A DNA stretch of 64,000 nt from Styela clava (Eukaryota). Where the stretch lies: the NCBI RefSeq assembly GCF_964204865.1, contig NC_135250.1:23188001-23252000 (forward strand). Reading direction: 5' to 3'. Every line of letters begins with the position of its first letter. Within the stretch, counting starts at the first letter, position 1. The notes beneath the pieces were generated by a model. It saw only the letters and a program-made list of their open reading frames with translations, had not been told where the DNA came from and did no database searches. The translations under genes and the position numbers were made by a program. Positions 51,460-64,000 of this stretch are shown piece after piece.

Positions 51460-52730
51460 AATTGCATTACCCAAAATGTGTCACTAGAAGGGGCAGCCCT
51501 GCCATTACAACCTACATGCCTTGGTTTGTGTTTTTAATTTGCTGCCGTGGTACCCCATCTCAAGAAAGAAAAAAAAATATGTGCCCCAACTCATTGAAAA
51601 TTTTTTTCTGCTTTGCGCTGTTTCCCTCTGTTTTGCGGCTGTTTTCCTCTGTTCGCGCTATTTCCCGATGTTTCGCGCTGTATGTTAACGGAATGTTAAC
51701 TTGTGCTATCGATTGGGTTTCTACAAGATCAACTACTTTTCCGTTTTCTATGCTTTTGCGTCGGTGGATCCGTATGCATATAATGCGAGGATGCTGTAGC
51801 GAGAGTGATGATAACTATCCTGAGTAATTCAAAAAATAGTCTTGTTGCACACTAATGTGTTGTTTGAAATTATGAAAGTGTTCCGTTTGGCATTGGAATT
51901 TATTTGGTGTGAAAAATAAAAGAAGGTGTTGTGTTTGTGGGAAATATTTGAGAATATTGAGTCAAGTGATATATAGTGAATAAAAAATGCCAAAACACCC
52001 ACTTTGGATGTTTTCTGTCTAATTTTCTAATTTCTATGCAAAAAATTAACTAATTCGATTAATTAGGGGTAAATATCTATAAAATGTGTGCACGAATTCG
52101 ATGATGTCTCTATGATAATATGGATTGACTCATTTGTCACATATAATATTTGAACATGTGGGAAATGTGTTTGAAATTATAAAACTGTTTAATTTGGGGC
52201 AACTTATACTAATTTGACACTAAAATCTCTATACGAATTAGAGGTAAAATTGGGCCAAAAATTCCGACCCGACCCAGGCCCGTGGGTATTAAACCCGTCC
52301 CAAGCACGACTAATTAACTGGATTTGCAGGCCCAAAGCAAACTCGAAAGTTTCTATTTTATTTAGTTCATCGAATTGTCATTGCAAGAGTTGATGAGGCA
52401 ACTTCTGTTTTTTTGCAAACCACGATCTCTCATGGCCAAAAAAAACACGGCCGAAACGCCTCATCAACAGTTGGTTGAACAAATTTCAAGTTTTTCTGTT
52501 TTGCTCAGTACATGCAATTCTGGTATATTTAAGATGATCTGGATCATGCAGTTGTACTTGGTGATGAAAACTTTTTTTTGTAATATTGAGGTTTAGTTTT
52601 GATTGACTTTAATGTCTAATTAATTACTGTATCTTTAAATTAATTATTTTTTTCTATTGTTTCAGGTCTTTTCAATTATAGTAGTAGTATCATAAAATCC
52701 TTTATAAAATCAAACCAAAGCATCTCAAAA

Positions 52731-54352
52731 ATGGAAGAAAAAATCAATACAGATTCTAAAGAACATGCTGTTGAAATTTTACAACAATTAAATGAATATC
52801 GTAAAACTGGGCGTCATTGTGATTTCATGATCAAAGCTGGATCTGAGGAACTTCCTGTTCATAAGAATATTGTGTCAAAGCAATGTTATCTCATGAAAAT
52901 GTGGAAACAAAATCTGGTGTCGTTGAAATAAAGGAATTTGAAGTTGAAGTTTGTGTTAAAAAATGTGTTGATTTCATTTACACTGGGGATGCTTATGTTG
53001 CCAAAGAAAAACGTGAAACACTCATGGGTGTCGCTCACATGATGCAGCTGCAAAGACTTTGTGATAGTATCGCAATTTTTCTGGAAGATGATCTCGATCC
53101 TAGATCGTTTTTTCAAACTAAAAAAATTGCGAATAGGTACAACTGTAAACAACTTGAGGAAAAATGCAATCAATTTGCATTGCAACGTTTCAAAGAAATT
53201 GCCCAGTCTGATGAGTTTATGGATCTTGATGAAAAATTTATTTCATTCCTGATCGAATCAAAGAAAACAAAAGCAAAGGAAGGAGGGAAATGTAAGATGT
53301 TGTTAGCATGGACCAAACATGATATTGATGAAAGAAAAGAATGTTTTCTTAGTTTGGTGATGAAATTTCAGTTGACGAAAATGACTCTGTCATATAGAAG
53401 ATTTCTCGTTGAAAATGAACCATTGATATTTGAATCTATGCAGTCTCTTCGTTCACTGACTTTATCAATACTGGACAGCCATCCTGAGAATATCAGTTCA
53501 AAAGATTTCGATTTAACAGAGAATGAACAGCTTGTTGTTTTTGATCAAACTTCTCAAAGAATGCATTGTCATGATATTGATGCTAAAACATGGACACCAA
53601 TGCAAACCATAGATCAAGCAATTATACAGAATACATTACATTCTGCTGTAGTGATTGAATCTTACATTTATGTGATTTGTAGAAATGGATCGTTTTATAG
53701 ACTTGAATATGCTGAATCAAATGCAAAGTGGGAACAAATGACAAATACAAATCTTCAGTGGGCATGCGTAGTTGCACTTGATGGTTTTGTTCATGGTATT
53801 GAATATCAGAATTACTCAAATGTTTTGGAAAGATATGATCCATCAAATAATAGATGGACCAGACTAACAAACAAATCATTGATTCTAGCTTTTGAATCTT
53901 TGGTGGCTGCTGATGGAAAGGTGTTTTGTATTGCAGGATATTCTAATCAGATAGGTCGAGCAACAAACCAAGTTGAGATTTATGATCCTGTCACATCAAC
54001 TTGGTCAATGGATAATGGATCATTGAATGAAGCAAGATATCAAGCTTCTGCAACTGCTACAGAGGAAGGAATATATGTTGTGGGAGGTTATGATAATAAT
54101 AGAGGTTCAACTCTCACTACTGTTGAATTTCGTTCATCTGTAACTAATACCTGGATGATGTTGAAACCAATGAAAAATGCAAGACAATTTTTCAGTAGTT
54201 GTGTGATTGATAAGAAGGTTTATGTCATTGGTGGAAATGGAAATCCTGCAAATATAGAGGAATATGATCCTGAAACAGAAGAATGGAGAATCATTGAAAC
54301 AATACAAGGAAAAGATAATTTTCCACGAGCAACTGTTGCACTATCTATATAA
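52731..54352 (+). pseudogene. Kelch-like copy K6, frameshifted in BTB
   Basis: 19-bp deletion (ggcaagttccgattatttt) at ~52876 relative to paralogs; ~0.75 kb of upstream flank also missing at ~52464. Confidence 0.9.
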
Positions 54353-56102
54353 CATTGATTGCTCTTATACTTGAACAAATATGGTTCTCATATTCTTGAT
54401 GAAAATACTTATCATTCTTTCTAATTTGATCTCAAATTAATTTCCTCTGCAGAATGATGTACCGGTAAATTATTGAATTAGTTATCTGTGTGTGGTAATA
54501 TATCGAATGAATAATTTCTTTGACAACATTGAATATTGTTTTTCAATCCATTTATCTTAAGAACGAATGTACAGTATGTTTAAAGATACAGCTTCAATAA
54601 TTTGTTTTTCATAATATAGCCAATATCAATACTGATAATTTGATTGCTCGGTTAGTTAATCATTACCTATTTTACTTGGAAGTGATAGTGAAAATTTCTT
54701 TCATATTGTTGGTGTTGATTTTTTATTGTTTTTTTGTTTGTTTTATCATTGCATTTATCATGTTCAACAATTTAATCTCTAATTCTTGAAAATTTATCAT
54801 TTTTCAATATTTTATTCAATTTTGTGGTATATCAGATTACAGGGGATTACCCCATATTATTTTTTATGGTTGGTATGGTATGGGTTGTTATCATATCTCT
54901 CTCATTACCTTGCATTGACTGTTTATGATGTGACCTATCTGATTTTAGTTCTATACATGAATTCAAGTTTTTCATCTTTATGATCCAGCGGAGGTTATTT
55001 ATATTAAAAGCTCATTCCTTCGAGATCACTGTATTTTTCAATTATTATCATTCCACTGCTTTTTTGATATAAAAGTTCGAAGATATGCATGCGTTAATTA
55101 TTATTCATGCTTTTTATTCTTTGAGTAACTGACCAAAAAAATTGTGTTTTTGTAAATGAAATATTTAGGTTAGTGGCATACCATCATCTGTATAACGTCA
55201 TAACAGACTTGGTGTGGCCTTCTAGGTTGAGAACAATTATTCAACTTCTGATACTTCTATTCTGAAAATGATGATAATTTTGAGAAAATTTCATTTCCGT
55301 GAATTTCTTTGCATCTAGTGAGCTATGAAATATAATCATTAATTATTGATTTCAATTACTGATTATCAGACAATAAGTTCTGTAATAAAGGAAATATGAT
55401 TTTATTGAATATCCTCAAAAATTTGTTATTGTAGTATATTAATATTGACTAATTCACTGAACTTGATAAAATATACTGTGATAGTGAAATTGTTATTACG
55501 TTATGTATAAAAGGTAATAGGAGGAAATATAAATTTTCATCTTGATGCTTTCAGTTAATATTCTGACAAATTCCTACTGGCATTATTCATGTAATTTTTC
55601 AGGGTTGTAATTTGCAATATTGATATCATAATTAGATCAGCTGGGAAAGAAATTAAATATTATCTCATGGTCGCGGAGTTCCTGCTTGTCTTCATAACAT
55701 GCTTGATTCGTCACTCAACAATTTTCCAAAAGATTGTTGAAGATGATTTGATGCATATTTTTGATAAAGTTTTACGCAGACAACACATGTCATTATTGTT
55801 TAGCATAAAGTGGAATTGATATCAGGCTGTGAAGTTGGCGGTTTAATAAACTCATTTTGATATTTGCTTAAAACAGCTGTATTTCAAATGTCCTCGAGTT
55901 GGATTCAAAATAGATTAATGGCTTGAACTTAAATTTTTTCATATCTAGAACAACAGTAGATAATCGAATTGTGAGAAAGTTTAAAAAGTGGAGTAGTTTT
56001 TAATTTTGATGGTGTCATCGCACACAAAAACTAAATACTAAAAAGCCAGCAGAAATATTTGAAATAAATGAAAGTGATAGACTTTTAGCGAAAAATACAA
56101 TC

Positions 56103-56712
56103 GTTAAAAAATCGTTCAGAGTGGAGAGCGATAGCTTATTGCCCTTAACCTACGTTCGCTATTAATTTCAATGACCAGACCGTTTTATCTTTTCCTCTTT
56201 ATTATGTACATTATATAGATGTAATAGTTTGTTTGTATTCCTCATAAGACTCTATCAATTTTTCGTAAGTGTCTCCTAAATTGCATTTGCTGTAAATATT
56301 TTCGATTTACTGTTTGCCTTATATTGCTTTTAGTTGCATATTCCGCCAAACTTGCCCTTCCTATATTTTTCTGTGCTTTTATCTTGCTTTTCTCGCGTTT
56401 TTATTAGTTGTTGGTAATTATTCCGTGAAAGTTACATTTTCTGTTTTACTGTGCCATAATCGCATACATTTCGAATGTCGCTGTAATTGTATCAGTTGTG
56501 ACTTATTCCTAGGATTTATTCATTTTATCCCTCATTTAATTATGTTTATTCTAACCTGTAGCGCTGTAGGTGTCGCTGCTTGAAGACCTTCTCAGGTCCC
56601 TCGCGACTCCGGTCACGCAAAAACATGATTAGTACTGTAATTTATTCATTGTGTCACTTTATGTTTGAACGTGTTTTTTTGTGATGACAAAATAAACGAT
56701 TGATTGATTGAT
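56103..56712 (+). mobile_element. 3' end of a non-LTR retroelement (clade uncertain)
   Basis: Insertion absent from paralogous units (aatc|ttaaccactgg); ends in AATAAA followed by (GATT)n. Confidence 0.6.
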
Positions 56713-57071
56713 TAACCACTGGAAATTTCAAAGCAATTCCTCCAGTAGGTAATGAGGAAAGATATTTTCTCACAACAACATATTAACAAAACGATTCATA
56801 TGTACACTTCATGACCAATTGGAATCTAGAAGATCGGGATATTATATTTTAATTAATATTTTTGGTGATCTGTCATTGTCGAGCAATCGTGATCACACTA
56901 GATGGTATCCAAGAGTTACTCAATCCCGCTCAATCCAACACCAGATAGTTAGGGTATTCCCCGTTTCAGGAAGGTGCTGTGTTGTGGGATATACAACACC
57001 GTGCATTTTGTTTCGGCATTCTGGATATACCGGTATAAGTTTATTTTCATTCATCAATGAACTAGGTATAT

Positions 57072-58075
57072 ATATTCAATATAGGTCAACAACTAAGTGT
57101 TCACTATAATTTACCTGTAAATAATAGTGTATATCATTTTATTCAACCTAATAAGCATTATAAATGTATTCTAGAGTTCATAAGAGTGCATAATATCACT
57201 ATAAATGATGTTAGGCTGGGGCATCATAGAACTTTATATGATAAAATTGTTGATACATTGAAATGTGAAAGAATTGTATTTCTAAACAATGGGGATATTC
57301 GAACAGCATGTTTGAATATTCATAATAAAATTCTAGCTAATCATGTAAAAACTTTTAACTACAAATTATTGTGGAATATTTTACCGCTTAAAACAATGTC
57401 AAGAATTAGATATATTGCTGGGGATGACCTATGTGTATTTTGTGACAAAGAAGCTGAATTTATAACACTTTATTCTGGAATTGCTCATTTGTGAAACAAT
57501 TGTATGATTATGTTTTTTCTATTATCATGAAAATAACTAACAGTGGCAACTTAATAAATTATGAAACATGTATATTATTAGATTTAAGACAATAATTATG
57601 TACATTTGACCAATATAGAAAAAAATGCTATTATTTTATTGATATGTACTGCAAGATATAAAATTTGGTTGCAAAGAAATGCAGTGATTTTTGAAAATGT
57701 AATGCCAAGAGTGAATAATGTAGTCAATACTATAAGAAATTCAATAAGGTGTAGGAGGAATATAGAACGACTGAGAAATTTACCTAATTATTGTGAAGAA
57801 CTTGATTTATTATGCAAATATATATAAATATGACTAGAAGTGTTTATCGTAATGAAGTGGAACTAATTCTTAAAATTTTATTTTTCATGCATTAATTAAA
57901 ATAATGGTAAATGACATCATGGAACATATAATAGATGATAACAACAAATGGGAGTTACAACGGATATGCTACAATACGGATACAAATGATCAATATTTAT
58001 TATGGAATTTATACTGTCTCATCTGTATGTAATGATTTATATTATTATTTTATCTATAAAAGAAAAAAAAAAAAA
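57072..58075 (+). mobile_element. 5'-truncated L1/Tx1-like non-LTR retrotransposon
   Basis: Poly(A) tail; 16-bp TSD AATGAACTAGGTATAT (57056-57071, 58076-58091); ORF2 C-terminal motifs FNYKLLWNILP, CVFCDKEAE..LFWNC and ARYKIWLQRN. Confidence 0.9.
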
Positions 58076-58664
58076 AATGAACTAGGTATATGTGTGAATG
58101 CGATATTGAAGAGACTTTATGTCATTAATTTTTGGGGTCTTACTACTAACTTAATACCGTACAACGCGAAACACCGCAAAGAGCGCAAAACAGAGGGAAA
58201 CAGCGCATAACAGAGGAAAATAGCGTGAAACAGAAGGAAACCAGCGCCAGTCAGGAGACCCAGTTATAACCGCCTCATGACGGCTCCTGCCACAAAAGAA
58301 CAACGGCACCTCTCGTCATGGTTTTATGGCGCTATTTCCGGTATTTTTACGAGGTTATGTAGCGGATTCTAGGTCATCGTGCGAAATTTAATGTACTTTT
58401 TTTTTTTATCTAACTCTAACCCTAAAGCTAAATCAATTAAAACTGTATCCATATGAAAAATGTTCAAAATTGCGTTACTCAAAATGTGTCACGAGCAGGA
58501 GCAGACCTGTCATTACAGCCTACATGCCTCGGTTTGTATTTTTAATTTGCTGCCGTGTTACCCCAACTCAAAAAAAAATAAAAAATATGTGCCCCAACTC
58601 ATTGCAAATTTTTTATCCTGCTTTGCGCTGTTTTCCTCTGTTGCGCGATGTGTTCAATAAGTAG

Positions 58665-59655
58665 TAGGGATGGGACGAGTTCGGCATTACAGAGATTTGA
58701 CGAATCCGAGTAATAGGTCAAGGACTCGAATCTGCCGAGTCCTTGATGTCAATGGAAAAGCAGAAAAACGTGTTTCTGACCATGCTACAGCATCGTGCGC
58801 TCACAAACATACGTCGTAGCTCATATTTTTTGCCTAATGGTTCCGCAGATAGCTGTTGAATCATTTTGAATATATATTTTTCTTTTTTTTGGCGGCCATA
58901 ATACAATCATAAACGTGGGTCAATGTGCGCCTTGGCTGTGAACTGGATTTCCAGCCCACATTGCGTCAATTCTGGGCGGCTATTCAGAAATTCTTACATG
59001 TCAATATGAAAAATAAAAAGCTTTCGACTACAATGCTTTCCCATAATTCCAGATATTTCTAGCCGTAAATTTACTATGTCATGTGCGCATATGGTAGAGA
59101 AATGCCACTAGTCGTCAATACAATATGGTACATCTGCTTGCAATTTAGTAGTTCATGTAAACGTTCTAAAACTCTACATGCTTTTCGTTGCTTTTTTGGC
59201 GAAAGGATTGCACGCAATAAACTTGATTTTAAAGAGGTATTGATGAGATTCCACATTGGGTTGATCCAGAGCATGTTTCATATTTACGCGAATCAAAAAA
59301 CCCAAAAATATTGCAATAACACATAATTTATTGTGTATCACATGTATACCAAAAAGGATAGATAGTTTGGAGGCGACTGGCGCAACATCATTGTTATGAG
59401 CGATCAATAGTTTTTAACTTGCGTTATATTATCTGGATATCTGTCGTCGTTTTATTAGGAGTGTCCATAATGCACACGAAGGATATTGTTACAGATCTAA
59501 CATTGAATTTTAACTAGTTAAGGTATGTAGTGGGATTTATAGAGGCAAAAGTACAAACATATGCGTAAATTAGTAAAAACAGAATTGATTATCGACAAAA
59601 AATGCCTGGATTCGACTCGAATCCGAGTCCGGATCCGAATCCCGGCCTATCTCCA
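58665..59655. mobile_element. hAT (Ac-like) non-autonomous element inserted in the TIR of another MITE
   Basis: TAGGGATGGGACGAGTTCGG...CCGAATCCCGGCCTATCTCCA; 8-bp TSD ATAAGTAG/GTAAGTAG; subterminal GAATCCGAG repeats. Confidence 0.8.
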
Positions 59656-61211
59656 GTAAGTAGTAAGACCGTTCATTTTTGGAATGTCAATGGGCTGTTG
59701 ATTGGCAATGGTGTTGCATAGAATATAATCAAAATACTATTTCAGCAAATGAATCACAATAGTATGCGAAAAATCAAAAATTTGGGAATATCGAAATTCA
59801 GTAAAATATGATGAAATAGTTAAAAGTAGAAGTACTATGCATTCAATTTTCAAATGTTAACTGATAGAAATTTTAAATTTATGGAAAACAAGTGAAAGAA
59901 ATGATTTAATTAAACTGTTTAATTTGGGGCAACTTATACTAAATCGACAGTAAAATCTTTATACGAATTAGAGGTAGGATTGGGCCGAAAATTCCGGCCC
60001 GACCCAGGCCCGTGGGTATTAAACCCGACCCAAGCCCGACTAATTAACTGGATTTGCAGGCCCGAAGCAAACCCGAACGTTCCCATTTTATTCAGTTCAT
60101 CGAATTGTCATTGCAAGAGTTGATGAAGCAACTTCTGTTTTTTTGCAAACCACGGTCTTTCGTGGCCAAAACACGGTCGAAATGCGTCATTTAAAAAGAG
60201 TCACCGATAGAGAAGCCTGACCCAAACGTAAAGATTGACATTTCAGGCTTGACCAGCCCCGAATTACGGGTTGACTCAGGCTTCAGATCTTAGCTTTAAT
60301 ATGAAAATTCAGTTTGGCATTGGAATTTATTTGGCGAGAAAAAAAAAAGTCATAGTCAAGTTGATTTTTTCCAACCTGTAATAAATTCAACAGATATAAA
60401 TGCGAAAGAGTAAAAAATATAATTTTACTGGCAGACTGGGAAGTGAAGTCGCGGGGAGATTTGTTGGTGGGCCTGTTATCCAACTAAACCTAATTGAAAT
60501 TATGATAATCTGTAGTGGGCTGGACATTGGAAGACTGGAGAAAAATGATAATAGAGAACAGGTTTAGACAGGATAATGATGAAATGAATTCCATTAAACA
60601 TTAGTTGTTTAACATGCCAATATGGAGTATGATACCGGTACTCAAATATGAAATAACAGAATTAGAATGAAACATATACTATCATAAGCTAGCATTTGGA
60701 TAGGCGCATTATACTGCAATATATATGAATAATTAGATAATAAAACTATGTTGGAGTATCAGTTCAGGTTTTTAGGCTTCGAAACATCTCGAGAACAAAC
60801 CAAATTAAACTAATATTATTACATGATACCGGTACTTGCATTTTACACTCCACAAGAGATTTGTATTTTCAGACATTTGGACCTGATAGGTGTATTTGAT
60901 GTTCGTGGTACAGCAACGTTTATCTGTTATGTCGCCAATTCAACAGTTGGTTAAACAAATGTTAAGTTTTTCTGTTTTGCTCAGTTGAAGCAATTCTGGT
61001 ATATTTAAGATGGTCTGGATCATGCAGTTGTGCTTGGTGATGAAACATTTTTTTTTGAATATTGAGGTTTATTTTTGATTGACTGTTATGTCTAATTACG
61101 GTAATTACCGTATCTTTAAATTATTTATTTTTTTCTATTGTTTAAGGTCTTTTCAATAATAGTAGTAGTATCATAAAATTCTTTATAAAATCAAACCAAG
61201 TCATCTCAAAA

Positions 61212-62845
61212 ATGGAAGAAAAAATCAATACAGATTCTAAAGAACATGCTGTTGAAATTTTACAACAATTAAATGAATATCGTAAAACTGGACGTCATTG
61301 TGATTTCATGATCAAAGCTGGATCTGAGGAACTTCCTGTTCATAAGAATATTGTGTCGGCAAGTTCCGATTATTTTAAAGCAATGTTATCTCATGAAAAT
61401 GTTGAAACAAAATCTGGTGTCGTTGAAATAAAGGAATTTGATGAAGTTTGTGTTAAAAAATGTGTTGATTTCATTTACACTGGAAGTGCTTATGTTGCCA
61501 AAGAAAAACGTGAAACACTCATGGGTGTTGCTCACATGATGCAGCTGCAAAGACTTTGTGATAGTATCGCAATATTTCTGGAAGATGATCTTGATCCTAG
61601 ATCGTTTTTTCAAACTAAAAATATTGCGAATAGGTACAACTGTAAACAACTTGAGGAAAAATGCAATCAGTTTGCATTGCAACGTTTTGAAGAAATTGCC
61701 CAGTCTGATGAGTTTATGGATCTTGATGAAAAATTTATTTCATTTTTGATGGAATCGAAGGAAACAAAAGCAAGGGAAGAAGGGAAATGTAAGATTTGTT
61801 AGCATGGACCAAACATGATATTGATGAAAGAAAGGAATGTTTTCTTAGTTTGGTGATGAAATTCCAGTTGACAAAAATGACTTTGTCATATAGAAGATTT
61901 CTTGTTGAAAATGAGCCACTGTTATATGAATCTATGCAGTCAATTCGTTCAATGACTTTATCAATCTTGGACAGCAATGGGAATGCCGGTTCAAAAGATT
62001 TCAATTTAATTCAGAATCAACAGCTGGTTGTTTTTGATCAGACTTCCAAAAGAATGCATTGTCATGATGTTGATGATAAAACATGGACACCAATGCAAAC
62101 CATAGATCAAGCAATTATACAGAATACATTATATTCTGCTGTAGTGATGGAATCTTACATTTCTGTAATTTGTGAAAATGGATTGTTTTATAGACTTGAA
62201 TATGCTGAATCAAATGCAAAGTGGGAACAAATGACAAATCCAAATCTTCAGTATGCATGTGTAGTTGCACTAAATGGTTTTGTTTATGGTATTGAGTATC
62301 AGATTTACTCAAACATTATGGAAAGATATGATCCATCAAATAATAGATGGACCAGACTAACGAACAAATCATTGATTCTGGTCCATGAATCTTTGGTATC
62401 TGCAGATGAAAAGGTGTTTTGTATTGCAGGATATTCTAATCAGCAATGTCGAGCAACAAACCAAGTTGAGATTTATGATTCTGTCACATCAACTTGGTCA
62501 ATGGATAATAGATCATTGAATGAAGTAAGATATACTGCTTCTGCAACTGCTACAGATGAAGGAATATATGTTATGGGAGGTTATAATGTTAATGGGAGTA
62601 CAGTTCTGAATACTGCTGAATTTCGTTCATCTGTAACTAAAACCTGGACGATGTTGAAACCAATGAAAAATGCAAGGCAATGGTGCAGTAGTTGTGTGAT
62701 TGATGTCAAAGTTTATGTCATTGGTGGAAATGGAAATCCTGCAAATATAGAGGAATATGATCCAGAAACAAAAGAATGGAAAATCATTGAAACAATGCAA
62801 GGAAAAAATATAATTCCATTGGCAACTATTGCAATATCTATCTAA
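61212..62845 (+). pseudogene. Kelch-like copy K7, 1-bp frameshift in the BACK region (could be a sequencing error)
   Basis: aagatttgttagc versus aagatgttgttagc in paralogs at ~61796; otherwise full length with no stops. Confidence 0.8.
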
Positions 62846-64000
62846 CATCGATTACTCTCATACTTGGACATATATAGTTCTCATATTCTTAATGAAATTA
62901 ATTATCAGTCTTTTTAATTATCGCTCAAATTGAATATCCTTGTCTTTTTGCAGAATAATGAAACTATTAAATTATTCATTAGTGTGTGGTAATATATAGA
63001 ATGAATAATTCCTTTGACAAAAAGTTTTGTTTGATTATTTTTCTTCTATATATTTAGCTTAATAAGAACGAATTTACAGAATGTTTTAAGATATAGCTTA
63101 AATATTTTCTCTTTACAGATAGCCATTATCAATATTGATAATTCGATTGCTTGGTTAAGTGACAAGTGAAAATTAATTTCACATTGGTACTGTTGATTTA
63201 TCATTATTTTTTTTATATCATTGCATTTATTATGATCAACAATTTATTCTCTAATTCATGAAAATGTATCATTTTCCAATATTTCATTCATTTTTGAGAT
63301 ATGTCAGATTACAGGCGCTTACCCCATATTATTTTTTATGGTTGGTATGGTATGGGTTGTAATCATATCTTTCTCGTTAACTCACATGAATTGTTTATGA
63401 TGGGGCCTTTCTGATTTTATACATACACTGTATTTTTTAAATATTATAATTTCAATGCTTTTTTGATATAACTAGTTTGAAGATATGCCTTTTAAATGTG
63501 TTAAATATTATTCATGCTTTTTATTTTTTAAGTACGGTAACTGATCAAAAAATGGTGATTTTGTAAATGAAATATTTAAGTTTATGCCCCTGTTGCACAA
63601 ATTGGTTTCTGTCCATCCAATATCAAATTTTTGCAAATCTATTATTACAAATAAAAGAAAATACAAAACTTTTGGGTTTAGGAAGAGTAGTGTTAATTCA
63701 ACCATGCCTTAGTAATGACCTCACTGCTGATCACTGTTGTCCAATGCATTATTAGTATTTTGTATCTTTTTGAGGTGAGGCTCATTTCATACCATCATCT
63801 GTATAACGTCATAACAGACTTGTTGTGGCTTTCTAGGTTGAGAACAATTATTCAACTTCTGATATTTCTATTCTGAAAATGATGATAATTTTGAGAAAAT
63901 TTTATTTTCGTGAATTTCTTTGCATCTAGTGAGCCATGAAATATAATCATTGATTATTGATTTCAATTCCTGATTAACAGACAATAAGTTCTGTAATAAA

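Overview
AT-rich animal genomic DNA, probably a marine invertebrate or tunicate (inferred from sequence style only). The window is a tandem array of seven single-coding-exon BTB-BACK-Kelch (KLHL-type) genes on the + strand. Four are intact and three are frameshifted. They sit in ~7-9 kb duplicated units, with a higher-order KLHL/SMPD4-pseudogene/KLHL block present twice. The BTB/BACK half is almost invariant while the predicted substrate-facing loops of the Kelch propeller are hypervariable and mosaic, suggesting a diversifying repertoire of Cullin-3 substrate adaptors. The spacers hold many mobile elements: a recent full-length Ty3/Gypsy element with a SAM-like domain at the Gag N-terminus, a truncated Gypsy element with an apparent self-priming PBS, tRNA-derived SINEs, an L1/Tx1-like fragment, nested MITEs and a foldback. 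Many TA-CCG/CGG-TA excision footprints are present; they disrupt the Gypsy integrase and a spliced THAP-domain gene. All family assignments come from motif recognition by eye, not database searches.
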